Below, in pieces: positions 44,471 to 53,585 of a stretch of DNA of 64,000 nt (position 1 is the first letter of the stretch; each line of letters begins with the position of its first letter). Both the position numbers and the translations under genes were made by a program. Below the pieces are notes generated by a model, which saw only the letters and a list, made by a program, of their open reading frames with translations, did no database searches and had not been told where the DNA came from. The stretch is taken from assembly GCA_047602405.1 (NCBI GenBank), contig JASGHJ010000002.1:1088001-1152000 (forward strand). Direction: 5' to 3'. The DNA is from Anaeromyxobacteraceae bacterium. GTDB lineage: Bacteria > Myxococcota > Myxococcia > Myxococcales > Anaeromyxobacteraceae.

Positions 44471-45853
44471 ATGGACCTCGTGACGCGCAGGGTGATGGGG
44501 GCCGAGGCGATCGCGGGGCCGCTCCTGTTCCTCGAGGGCGTGCCGCGGGCCCGGCTCGGCGAGCTCGTGCGGATCCGCGCGGGGCGGGAGGAGCGCAGCG
44601 GCCAGATCATCGAGCTGTCGGGCGCGCGGGTGGCGGTGCAGGTGCTCGAGGACACCCGCGGCCTCGCCCCGGCGCGGGTGGAGGTGACGCTCACCGGCGA
44701 GATCGCGACGCTGGGGGTCTCGCGCGGCATGCTCGGCCGCGTGCTCGACGGGCTGGGTCGGCCGGCCGACGGGCTCCCGGCGCCGCTCGCCGAGGCGCGC
44801 GTCCCCATCCACGGCGCGGCCCTCAACGTCACCCGCCGCGCGAAGCCGTCCGACTTCATCGAGACCGGCGTCTCGGCCATCGACGGCCTGAACACCCTCG
44901 TGCGGGGCCAGAAGCTCCCGATCTTCTCGTGCGCGGGCCTGCCCGCCGGGCGGCTCGCGGCGCAGATCGTGTGCCAGGCGCGGGTCCGCGGCGGCGAGCC
45001 GTTCGCGGTGGTCTTCGCGGCGATGGGCGCGCCGTTCCGCGAGTACGAGGCCTACCTCGCGGCCTTCCGCGAGGCGGAGGTGCTCGACCGGACCGCGGTG
45101 TTCCTCAACCGCGCCGACGACCCGCCCATCGAGCGGCTCATGACGCCCCGCTGCGCGCTCACCTGCGCCGAGCACCTCGCGTTCGCGCACGGCCTCCAGG
45201 TGCTCGTGGTGCTCACCGACATGACCGCCTACTGCGAGGCGCTCCGCGAGGTGGCGCTCGCGCGCGAGGAGGTGCCCGGCCGGCGCGGCTACCCGGGCTA
45301 CATGTACACGGACCTCGCCACGATCTACGAGCGCGCCGGGCGCGTCACCGGCCGGCCCGGCTCGGTGACCCAGCTGCCCATCGTCACGATGCCGGACGAC
45401 GACCTCACGCACCCGATCCCCGACCTCTCCGGCTACATCACCGAGGGCCAGCTCGTCCTCTCCCGCGACCTCGATCGCAAGGGCGTCTACCCGCCCATCG
45501 ACGTGCTGCCCTCGCTCTCGCGCCTCATGGGGCTCGGCGCAGGGGAGGGGCGGACCCGCGCCGACCACCGCCCGGTCGCAGACCAGCTCTACGCGCTCTA
45601 CGCGCGGGGCCGCGACGTCCGGCGCATGTCGGCGATCGTCGGCGCCGCGAACCTCGGCGAGGACGAGCGGCGGCTCCTCGAGTTCGCCGACCGCTTCGAG
45701 CGGGAGCTCGTCGGGCAGGGCGGCGCGTTCCGGTCGATCGAGGAGACGCTCGAGGCCGGCTGGCGGCTCCTCGGGGCCTTCCCGGCCTCGGCGCTCACGC
45801 GCATCCCGGCGAGGGTGCTCGCCGCGCGCGAGCGGCGCGGGGAGGGCGCGTGA
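44471..45853 (+). CDS. V/A-type ATPase subunit B
   Basis: GQKLPIFS, PGRRGYPGYMYTD, THPIPD, LPSLSRLM. Confidence 0.96.
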   Translation: MDLVTRRVMGAEAIAGPLLFLEGVPRARLGELVRIRAGREERSGQIIELSGARVAVQVLEDTRGLAPARVEVTLTGEIATLGVSRGMLGRVLDGLGRPADGLPAPLAEARVPIHGAALNVTRRAKPSDFIETGVSAIDGLNTLVRGQKLPIFSCAGLPAGRLAAQIVCQARVRGGEPFAVVFAAMGAPFREYEAYLAAFREAEVLDRTAVFLNRADDPPIERLMTPRCALTCAEHLAFAHGLQVLVVLTDMTAYCEALREVALAREEVPGRRGYPGYMYTDLATIYERAGRVTGRPGSVTQLPIVTMPDDDLTHPIPDLSGYITEGQLVLSRDLDRKGVYPPIDVLPSLSRLMGLGAGEGRTRADHRPVADQLYALYARGRDVRRMSAIVGAANLGEDERRLLEFADRFERELVGQGGAFRSIEETLEAGWRLLGAFPASALTRIPARVLAARERRGEGA

Positions 45854-46485
45854 GCCGCTCGCCCACCACGCGCTCCGGGCTCCTGGAGCTCCGGTCCCGG
45901 CGCGGGATCGCCACGAAGGGCGCGCACCTCCTGCGCGCGAAGCGCGAGGTGCTCGCCGGCGAGACCTGGAAGCTCATGCGGGAGGTGCTCCGTGGCCGGG
46001 CGAGGCTCGACGAGGTGCTGCGGGAGGCGGTGAAGGCGCTCGCGCTCGCCGGTGGCCTCGACGGCGAACCCGCGCTCGGCTCCCTCGCCCTCCCGGCCGG
46101 GCGCGAGATCCCGGTCCAGGTCACGACCCGGCGGGTGTGGGGCGTGCCCACCCCGGCGATCGACGCGCCGGGGCTCGTGCGCGGCGCGGACGCGCGCGGC
46201 AGCTCACCGGCGGGCTGGAGCCCGCAGGCCGCCGAGGCCGCGCGCCGCCACGAGGAGGCGCTCGAGGTGCTCCTGCGGATCGCGTCCCGGGAGCTCCACC
46301 TCGCCCGGCTCGGGGAGGAGATCCGCGCGACCTCCCGCCGGATCAACGCGCTCGAGCAGCTCGTGCTCCCCGCGCTCGCAGCGGAGGCGGCGCGGGTGGA
46401 GGGCGCCCTCGACGAGCGCGACCGGGAGGACGCGGTCCGGCGCAAGCGCTTCCGGGCGAGACGGAGTCGCGACGGTTCGCCTTGA
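45850..46485 (+). CDS. V/A-type ATPase subunit D
   Basis: TRSGL, LLRAKREVL, TSRRINALE. Confidence 0.93.
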   Translation: MSRSPTTRSGLLELRSRRGIATKGAHLLRAKREVLAGETWKLMREVLRGRARLDEVLREAVKALALAGGLDGEPALGSLALPAGREIPVQVTTRRVWGVPTPAIDAPGLVRGADARGSSPAGWSPQAAEAARRHEEALEVLLRIASRELHLARLGEEIRATSRRINALEQLVLPALAAEAARVEGALDERDREDAVRRKRFRARRSRDGSP

Positions 46486-46518
46486 CGCCCACATGCACGC
46501 AGGGTGTATAGGGCATCC

Positions 46519-47157
46519 ATGCGCGCCCTCCTCGCCCTCGTCCTCGCCGCCGTGCCGCTCGCTGCCTCTGCCCAGGCCCACCCCGGCTCGCTGCGGCTCT
46601 CGGGCGGTACCGGCTTCGCCTCCTCGAGCACGAGCTACTCCGCCGAGGGACAGAGCGACGCCCTCACGCTCAAGACCCGGTCGGCCGCGGCCGAGGGGGT
46701 CTACCTCCTGACGCCCTTCGTCGGCGTGGGCGCGAGCCTGCAGTACACGAAGACCACCGCCTCGATCACGGGCCTCGAGGACTCGAGCGACGAGGCCTGG
46801 ACCGCGGGGCCGATGCTCGCCCTCGAGTACCCGCTGGAGCGGGCGGTGCTCCGCGCCGAGGCCGGGTGGATGTGGGGGCACACCTCGGCCGCGGGCTCGG
46901 AGGCGGTCAAGTCGTCGGGGTGGGCCATCGCGGGCGGGGTGGGGTTCCTGCTCGCGCCCTCGCTGTCCGTCGACCTGGGGGTGAAGTACGCGTCGATGGG
47001 GGCGAAGTTCTCCGGCGTCGACGTGACGATGGACACCTTCTCCGCGTCGGTGGGCTTCTCGGTCTACCTCGGCGGCGCGGTGGTGCACGCCGGCGGCGCC
47101 GGCGCGGACACCTCCGGCACCCGCACCACCGGCGCCGGCAACCCCTCGCCCTGGTAG
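46519..47157 (+). CDS. Outer-membrane beta-barrel protein
   Basis: Signal peptide, alternating amphipathic strands ending VGFSVYL, G/T-rich tail. Confidence 0.75.
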   Translation: MRALLALVLAAVPLAASAQAHPGSLRLSGGTGFASSSTSYSAEGQSDALTLKTRSAAAEGVYLLTPFVGVGASLQYTKTTASITGLEDSSDEAWTAGPMLALEYPLERAVLRAEAGWMWGHTSAAGSEAVKSSGWAIAGGVGFLLAPSLSVDLGVKYASMGAKFSGVDVTMDTFSASVGFSVYLGGAVVHAGGAGADTSGTRTTGAGNPSPW

Positions 47158-47185
47158 CCCGGCCGCCGCGGCGCGCGGCGCCGCG

Positions 47186-48664
47186 TCAGGCCCGGGCCTT
47201 CGGCACGAGCGAGAGCCCGCGCCGCTTCGCCTCGACCACGGTGCGCACCGCGGCCGTGGCCCGGTCGACCTCCGCCTCGGTGTTGTACAGGTAGAAGCTC
47301 AGCCGGCAGCTCGCCGCCGGCTCGAGCCCGAGCGCGTGGTGCGCGAGCGTCGCGCAGTGGCAGCCCGCGCGCGACTCGACGCCGAGCGCGTCGAGCCCCT
47401 CGGCGAGCTCGAACGGGCTCATGCCCGCGACGTTGAAGGCGACGAGCGCCGTGCGCCGCTCCGCCTGGCGCGGCCCGTAGACGGTGAGGCCGGGCACGCG
47501 GGCGAGCGCGTCGAGGGCCCGCGCGGTGAGCCGGCGGAGGTGCGCGCCGATCCGGTGCATGGCCCGCACGACGTCGCCGTGCTCGATGGGCTCCGGGGCG
47601 CCGAAGCGTGCGCCCGCGGCGCCGTCGAGGGCGAGGTCGAGCAGCAACCGCACCGCCTGGCCGGAGAGGATCGTCCCGAGCACGTTGGGCGTCCCGGCCG
47701 CGAACTTCCAGGGCAGGGCGTTGTAGCCCACGTGCTCCGGGGTCACCTGGCCGTCCGCGATCATGTCGCCGCCGTACAGGAACGGCCGCGCACCCTCGAG
47801 GATCCGCTCGCGCCCGTAGAGCACGCCCACGCCGAACGGGGCGAGGAGCTTGTGGAACGAGAACGAGAGGAAGTCGGCGTCGAGCGCCTGGACGTCGACC
47901 GCGGTGGACGGGACGAGCTGCGCGCCGTCGACGAGGAGGTACGAGCCCGGCGTGCCGTCCGGCTGCACGTACCCGCTCTCCGACGAGATGGCCCGCACGG
48001 TGTGGAGCGGGTTCTTCGTGCCGAAGAAGTTGGACGCGCCGGTGCAGCAGACGAGCTTCGTGCGGGCGTCGACGAGGGAGGCGAGGTGGTCGAGGTCGAG
48101 CTGGCCGGTGGCCGGATCGAAGCGGGCGAGCCGCACCTCCGCCTTGACGCCGAAGCGCGGGAGGAGCTCGCGGACGAGCCCGTACCAGGGCACGTAGTTC
48201 GAGTTGTGCTCCATGAGCGTCGTGACGACGTTGTCCCCGTCGCGCAGCTCGGTCATGAGCATGTACATGACCGCGTTGTGAGCCTCGGTGGTGTTCCGGC
48301 AGCCCACGATGCCGCGGCGGGAGGGCGCGTGGATGAACCGCGCGATGGTGTCGTACGCCTCCTCGAACCGCGCGGTGGTCACCCGCGAGGCCGTCGACTG
48401 CCCGCGGTGGACGTTCTCGTACTCCGGCGCGAGCGCGCCGAGGAGCCGGACGAGCGCGGTCGGCGGCTGGGTGCTCGCCGCGTTGTTCGTCACGATCCGG
48501 CCGTGCGCCGGGAACGCGAAGTGCGCGCGGATCGCGGCGACGTCGAGGCCGTCCGGCGCCGGCGCGCCCGGGAGGTGCACGTGGCGTACGGGCGGCGTCC
48601 GGCCGAGGGCGGGGAGGGCGGGGCGGGTCATCGCGCTCTGGAGGGCGGCGGCGTTCTTCACCAT
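47186..48664 (-). CDS. Class V PLP enzyme, SufS-like cysteine desulfurase
   Basis: NNAASTQ, NVHRG, EHNSN, DGAQ, SFHK, RAGCHCA. Confidence 0.88.
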   Translation of the reverse strand: MVKNAAALQSAMTRPALPALGRTPPVRHVHLPGAPAPDGLDVAAIRAHFAFPAHGRIVTNNAASTQPPTALVRLLGALAPEYENVHRGQSTASRVTTARFEEAYDTIARFIHAPSRRGIVGCRNTTEAHNAVMYMLMTELRDGDNVVTTLMEHNSNYVPWYGLVRELLPRFGVKAEVRLARFDPATGQLDLDHLASLVDARTKLVCCTGASNFFGTKNPLHTVRAISSESGYVQPDGTPGSYLLVDGAQLVPSTAVDVQALDADFLSFSFHKLLAPFGVGVLYGRERILEGARPFLYGGDMIADGQVTPEHVGYNALPWKFAAGTPNVLGTILSGQAVRLLLDLALDGAAGARFGAPEPIEHGDVVRAMHRIGAHLRRLTARALDALARVPGLTVYGPRQAERRTALVAFNVAGMSPFELAEGLDALGVESRAGCHCATLAHHALGLEPAASCRLSFYLYNTEAEVDRATAAVRTVVEAKRRGLSLVPKARA

Positions 48665-48814
48665 GGGCGCGAGGATGCCGGAGGCGGGGTGGGGAAGGCT
48701 GTGCGCGGGCTCACGCGGCGTGACTCCCGCACGGGTTCGACCACCTGCTCCCGACGGGCGCCGCCGTGATCACCGTCACGCAGCGGGGCCGCCGGACCGG
48801 ACACGGCGACCCAC

Positions 48815-49252
48815 TCAGGACGCGCGCCGCCAGTAGGGCTCGAGCTCGACGGGCAGGCGGTTCCCGAGCTCCTCCGCCTCGGGCTCGCCGAGCTGGGCGC
48901 GGATCGCCGAGAAGACGGCGCGGATGACGCCGGGGACGTCGCCGGGCTCGCCCCCGGGGCGGTCGAGGTCGTCGGCCACGAGGCCCTCGAACTCGTCGGC
49001 GGTCGCGGGCGTGAAGCGCGACGCCGCGTGGCGCTCGCAGGCGGCCAGGCGCTCCTTGAACGGGCTCGGCAACAGCTCGCGCAGCCGGTCCCACGCGGGG
49101 TCGCGCGTCCGGAGGGCGAGGGCGCAGACGACGGCCTGCACCGCGCGGGTCGCGTCCGACCGGCGGGTGAGCCCCGCGCGGGCGAGCGCCTCCACGAGCG
49201 GGCCGTGCGACGCGGAGGCTTCGAGGTCCACGGGGCGGAGGCGGGTGGGCAT
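48815..49252 (-). CDS. DUF2267-like protein
   Basis: ATRAVQAV...LRELLP; VIRAVFSAI...LPVELEPYW. Confidence 0.7.
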   Translation of the reverse strand: MPTRLRPVDLEASASHGPLVEALARAGLTRRSDATRAVQAVVCALALRTRDPAWDRLRELLPSPFKERLAACERHAASRFTPATADEFEGLVADDLDRPGGEPGDVPGVIRAVFSAIRAQLGEPEAEELGNRLPVELEPYWRRAS

Positions 49253-49314
49253 CGAGCGCAACCTGGGCACTCGCGCCAGCCCGGGCACCGGCGCCGCCGC
49301 CTCCCCGGCCGCGG

Positions 49315-49794
49315 TCAGCCGACCTCGATCTTTCTCGCGGTGGCCTTCGCGGGGTCCGCGCGCGGCGCTCGCACCTCGAGCACGCCGTCCCTGAACGTGG
49401 CGATCACCTTCTCCACGACGACCTCGGCCGGCAGCCTCACCGTCCGCGTGAACGCGCCCGAGGAGCGCTCGAGCCGGTGGTAGTCCTTCCGCTCGACCTT
49501 CTCCTCCTTCTCCTTCTTGCCGGAGAGGGTGAGGAGGTCGCCGGTGACGTCGACCGTGATCTCCTCGCGCCGCAGGCCGGGCAGTTCCGCCTTCACCACG
49601 ACGTCGCCGCCTTCCGCGAAGACGTCCACGGCCGGCACCCGCATGCCCATCTCGTCGGCCAGGCGAAACATCGGCGCGAACGGGATCCAGCGGTCGAGCA
49701 GCAGGTCGTCCATCCACCGCGGCACCAGCGAGGTAGGCCAGTGAAGGGCGTGCTCCCGGCGCTCCGCCTCCTCCTGCTTCATGAGCTTCGCCAT
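49315..49794 (-). CDS. Hsp20/alpha-crystallin small heat-shock protein
   Basis: PAVDV, AELPG, ERSSGAFTRTVRLP, ATFRDGVLEV. Confidence 0.93.
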   Translation of the reverse strand: MAKLMKQEEAERREHALHWPTSLVPRWMDDLLLDRWIPFAPMFRLADEMGMRVPAVDVFAEGGDVVVKAELPGLRREEITVDVTGDLLTLSGKKEKEEKVERKDYHRLERSSGAFTRTVRLPAEVVVEKVIATFRDGVLEVRAPRADPAKATARKIEVG

Positions 49795-49932
49795 CGTCGG
49801 TCCTTCCCTCGACCCTCCGGCCCGATCCTCGCGCCGCGCGAGGCGTGCCGGCGCGGGCCCGCTTGGGCTTGCGGGCGATTGCCACACGCGCCCGGGCGCT
49901 GCTAGATCGGAAGTACCTCCTCCGGAGTCCCC

Positions 49933-51538
49933 GTGCCCAGCGATCTCGACTACGACTACGCCATCATCGGCTCCGGGTTCGGTGGCTCGGTGTCCGCGCT
50001 CCGCCTCAGCGAGAAGGGCTACAGGGTCGCCGTCCTCGAGATGGGGCGCCGCTGGCGGAAGGAGGACTTCGCCGCCACCAACTGGAACATCCGGAAGTTC
50101 CTCTGGCTGCCGGCGCTCAGGCTCTGGGGCATCCAGCAGAATCACGCTCCTCAAGGGGCTCTTCATCCTCCACGGCGCCGGCGTCGGCGGCGGCAGCCTC
50201 GTGTACGCGAACACGCTGCCCCACCCGCCCGACGAGGCCTTCCAGGACCCGCACTGGCCCGCCGGCCACGACTGGAAGGCGGAGCTCGCCCCGCACTACG
50301 CCGAGGCGCGGCGGATGCTCGGCGCGGTGCCCGCCCCCCGCGTCTTCGCCGCCGATCACCTCCTCAAGGAGGCGGTCGAGGAGGAGACGGGGAGGGGGGC
50401 GACCTTCCGCACCCACGACGTCGCGGTCTTTACCGGCGACCCCGACGTCGAGGTGCCCGACCCCTACTTCGGCGGCGAGGGGCCGCCGCGCACCGGCTGC
50501 AACTACTGCGGCTCGTGCATGACCGGCTGCCGGGTCGGCGCGAAGAACACGCTCGACAAGAACTACCTCTGGCTCGCCGAGCGACGGGGCTGCCGGATCC
50601 TGCCCGAGACGAGGGTCGTCGACGTGCGCCCGGCCCCGGGCGGCGGCTACGAGGTCGTGACCGAGCGCGCCACGGCGTGGTTGCTGAAGCGGCGCCGCAC
50701 GCTGCGGGTCCGCGGGGTGGTGTTCTCGGCGGGCGCCATCGGCACGACGCGCCTCCTCCTCGAGTGCAAGGCGCGCGGGAGCCTGCCGGACCTCTCGCCC
50801 GCGCTGGGCGACTTCGTGCGCACGAACTCGGAGGCGCTCGTGGGCGCGCTCGCGCCGGAGGTGAAGACCGACTTCTCGAACGGCATGGCGATCACCTCGG
50901 GCGTGGACGCCGACGAGCACACGCACATGGAGATCGTCCGCTACGGCCGCGGCCAGGACTTCATGGGCACGATGGTGACCCGGCTCACCTCCGGGGAGCC
51001 CGGGGTGCCGCGCTGGCTGCGCTGGCTCGGCGGCGTGCTGCGCCATCCGCTCGCGACGCTCCGCGCGCACGACGTCCGGGACTGGGCGCGGCGCACGATC
51101 ATCATCCTCGTGATGCAGCCCATCGGCTCGTGGGTGCGGATGCGGCTCGCGTGGCGGCCCTGGGGCCGGACCCTGGTCTCCGACTTCGAGGGCGGGAAGG
51201 CGCCGCCCACGTACCTCCCCATCGCGAACGCGATCGCGAACCGCCTCGCGCGGAAGGTGGACGGGACGCCGGGGAACCTCCTCCTCGAGGTCCTCGGCAA
51301 CCGCTCCTCCACGGCGCACATCCTCGGCGGGGCGATCATGGCCGACGACCCGTCGAAGGGCGTGTGCGACGCGCGGGGCCGGGTGTTCGGCTACGAGGGG
51401 CTCCACGTCGCCGACGGCTCGCTCGTGCCGTCGAACCTCGGCGTGAACCCGTCCCTCACCATCACGGCCCTCTCGGAGCACGTGATGGCGGGGATCGAGG
51501 CGAAGGCGGCGAAGGGAAAGACGGTCGCGGTCGGCTGA
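49933..51538 (+). CDS. GMC oxidoreductase (cholesterol oxidase ChoD-like), with a +1 frameshift near 50140
   Basis: IGSGFGGSV...LEMGRR, then [31 protein letters not shown] and NPSLTI in the shifted frame; length 1606 = 3n+1. Confidence 0.87.
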
Positions 51539-51542
51539 CCCG

Positions 51543-52046
51543 CTACTTCGCCGCCACGCTCGCCGTGACCGGCACCTTCTCGATGAGGCACCGGTCGGGG
51601 TTGCACACGCTGAACGCGACCACGCCCGCGAGCGTCGCCTCGCCGGCGGCCTTCGCCGTGAAGGGGAGGGGCGAGGCGACCGCGCAGCTCTCGCCGGGGT
51701 GATCCTTGCAGGCCGTGCGCTCGGCGCCCGCCTGGTTGAGCGGGACCTTCTCGCCGGCGAACGCGACCGTGGACGCCGTGGCGTCGGGGCGGAACGCCAT
51801 CGGGTAGTCCTTGTTCACGTGGTACGGGCCCTTCGCCTTCACGACGACCTTCGCCGTCGCGGGCGCGCCGGGCTTCGCCGCGGCGGGCGGCACGAGCGCG
51901 ACCTCGTAGGTGTCGCCGCTGGCCGACGCCGCCGCCGCAGGCTTCGGCGCCTGGGCGAGGGCCATGGAGGCGTATCCGAGGGCGAGCGCCACGGCGGCGC
52001 CGCAGAGCGCGACGGTCCTGCTCACACGGATCGGCTCAGTTCGCAT
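51543..52046 (-). CDS. Secreted protein, DsbD N-terminal-domain-like
   Basis: Signal peptide; [16 protein letters not shown]-terminal Cys pair; overlaps the redoxin gene. Confidence 0.55.
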   Translation of the reverse strand: MRTEPIRVSRTVALCGAAVALALGYASMALAQAPKPAAAASASGDTYEVALVPPAAAKPGAPATAKVVVKAKGPYHVNKDYPMAFRPDATASTVAFAGEKVPLNQAGAERTACKDHPGESCAVASPLPFTAKAAGEATLAGVVAFSVCNPDRCLIEKVPVTASVAAK

Positions 52047-52650
52047 ACTTCACCCCGCACCCGTAGGCCTTCGTCTCGGCCGTCCTCACCGGGCGGCCGG
52101 CCTGGACGTCGGCGAGCGCGGCCGTCACGTACTCGAGGAGCGCCCCGCCCTGGGGCGAGCCCCGCTCGCCGTCCGGCGAGTTGTCGATCGCGCCCCGGTA
52201 CGCGAGCTTCCCGTCCCTCGCGATGACGAACATGTGGGGCGTGTTGGTGGCGCCGTAGGCCCTGCCGACCTTCCCGTCCTCGTCGAGCAGGATCGGGTGC
52301 GCGAGCGACCACCTCCGCGCGGCCTCGCGGTTCAGCTCCACGCCGTGGCCCTGCTTGCCGGGGGCGGCCGAGTTGACGGCGAGCCAAATCACGTCGCCCT
52401 TCCCGTGCCTCGCGGCGGCGTCGACGAGCGAGCCCTTCGTGTGGGAGGCGACGACGTACGGGCACCCGGGGTTGAACCACTCGAGGACGACGACCTTGCC
52501 CTTCAGGTCGCCGAGCTTGACGGTCTTCCCGTCGAGGTCCTGGAGGGCGAAGTCGGGGGCGGGCTGGCCAATCGCCGCACCGGGGCCGGGGGCCGCAGCG
52601 CGGGCCGGCGCCGACAGGGCGAGGAGGGAGAGGACGGCGAGGTTTCGCAT
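52036..52650 (-). CDS. Exported thioredoxin-fold redoxin (AhpC/TSA-like)
   Basis: Signal peptide, APDF, EWFNPGCPYV, YGATNTPH, YRGAID, AYGC. Confidence 0.88.
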   Translation of the reverse strand: MRNLAVLSLLALSAPARAAAPGPGAAIGQPAPDFALQDLDGKTVKLGDLKGKVVVLEWFNPGCPYVVASHTKGSLVDAAARHGKGDVIWLAVNSAAPGKQGHGVELNREAARRWSLAHPILLDEDGKVGRAYGATNTPHMFVIARDGKLAYRGAIDNSPDGERGSPQGGALLEYVTAALADVQAGRPVRTAETKAYGCGVKYAN

Positions 52651-52713
52651 GCCGCCTTCATAACGCGGCGACGCCCCATCCGCGACACCCCGGGATGGGT
52701 TAAGAACCTCCGC

Positions 52714-53208
52714 ATGCTTCCACTCCATCCGCGCCTCGTGCACCTGCCGATCGCCCTCGCCGTCCTCATGCCCCTCGTCACGTCCGGGCTGCTGCTCGCC
52801 TGGTGGCGCGGCTGGCTGCCGCGCCGCGCGTGGGTGGTCGCGGTGGTGCTGCAGGGTGCGCTGGTGGTGGGCGGCATCGCGGCGATCCGCAGCGGCGAGG
52901 GGGACGAGAAGCGGGCCCAGACCGTCGTCACCGAGGCCCAGCTCGAGGAGCACGAGGACGCAGGGAAGGCGCTCACCGGCGCCGGCCTGGTGGTGCTCGC
53001 CCTCGCGGCGGCGGGGCTGCTCGTGAAGGCCGAGGGCGCCGGGAGGGCCGCGGCCGCGGCGGCGGTCGCCGGCTCGCTCGTGGTCCTGCTCCTCGCGTGG
53101 CGCGCGGGCGAGCTCGGCGGCCGGCTCGTCTACGTCCACGGCGGCGCGAGCGCGTGGCGGCCGGTGCCCGGGGCGGCGATGCCCGCCCCGGCGAGGCAAG
53201 GGGAGTGA
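52714..53208 (+). CDS. DUF2231-like membrane protein
   Basis: LHPRLVHLPIAL, EEHE, GELGGRLVYVHG. Confidence 0.8.
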   Translation: MLPLHPRLVHLPIALAVLMPLVTSGLLLAWWRGWLPRRAWVVAVVLQGALVVGGIAAIRSGEGDEKRAQTVVTEAQLEEHEDAGKALTGAGLVVLALAAAGLLVKAEGAGRAAAAAAVAGSLVVLLLAWRAGELGGRLVYVHGGASAWRPVPGAAMPAPARQGE

Positions 53209-53210
53209 GC

Positions 53211-53585
53211 GTGGCCGACCCGGTCCAGACCGCCGACCTGCCCGCGAAGTTCGCCGCGGTCGGCGAGCACTGGCGCCCGAAGATCGTCGCGGCCCTGAAC
53301 GGCCAGGAGCTCAAGGTCGTGAAGGTGCAGGGCGTCTTCCCGTGGCACCGCCACGCGGACTGCGAGGAGCTGTTCCTCGTCTGGCGCGGGCGGTTCAGGG
53401 TCGAGTTCCGGGACCGCGTCGTCGACATGGGGCCGGGCGAGCTGTGCGTCGTCCCGCGCGGCGTCGAGCACCGGACGGCGGCCGACGCCGAGGCCGAGGT
53501 GGTCATCCTCGAGCCCGCGGGCGTCGTGAACACCGGCGACGCGCCGGCCTCCGGGTTCACGGCGCCGACCGGGGTGAAGCTCTAG
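53211..53585 (+). CDS. Cupin domain protein
   Basis: WRPKIVA, FPWHRH..CEELF, VPRGVEH. Confidence 0.88.
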   Translation: MADPVQTADLPAKFAAVGEHWRPKIVAALNGQELKVVKVQGVFPWHRHADCEELFLVWRGRFRVEFRDRVVDMGPGELCVVPRGVEHRTAADAEAEVVILEPAGVVNTGDAPASGFTAPTGVKL

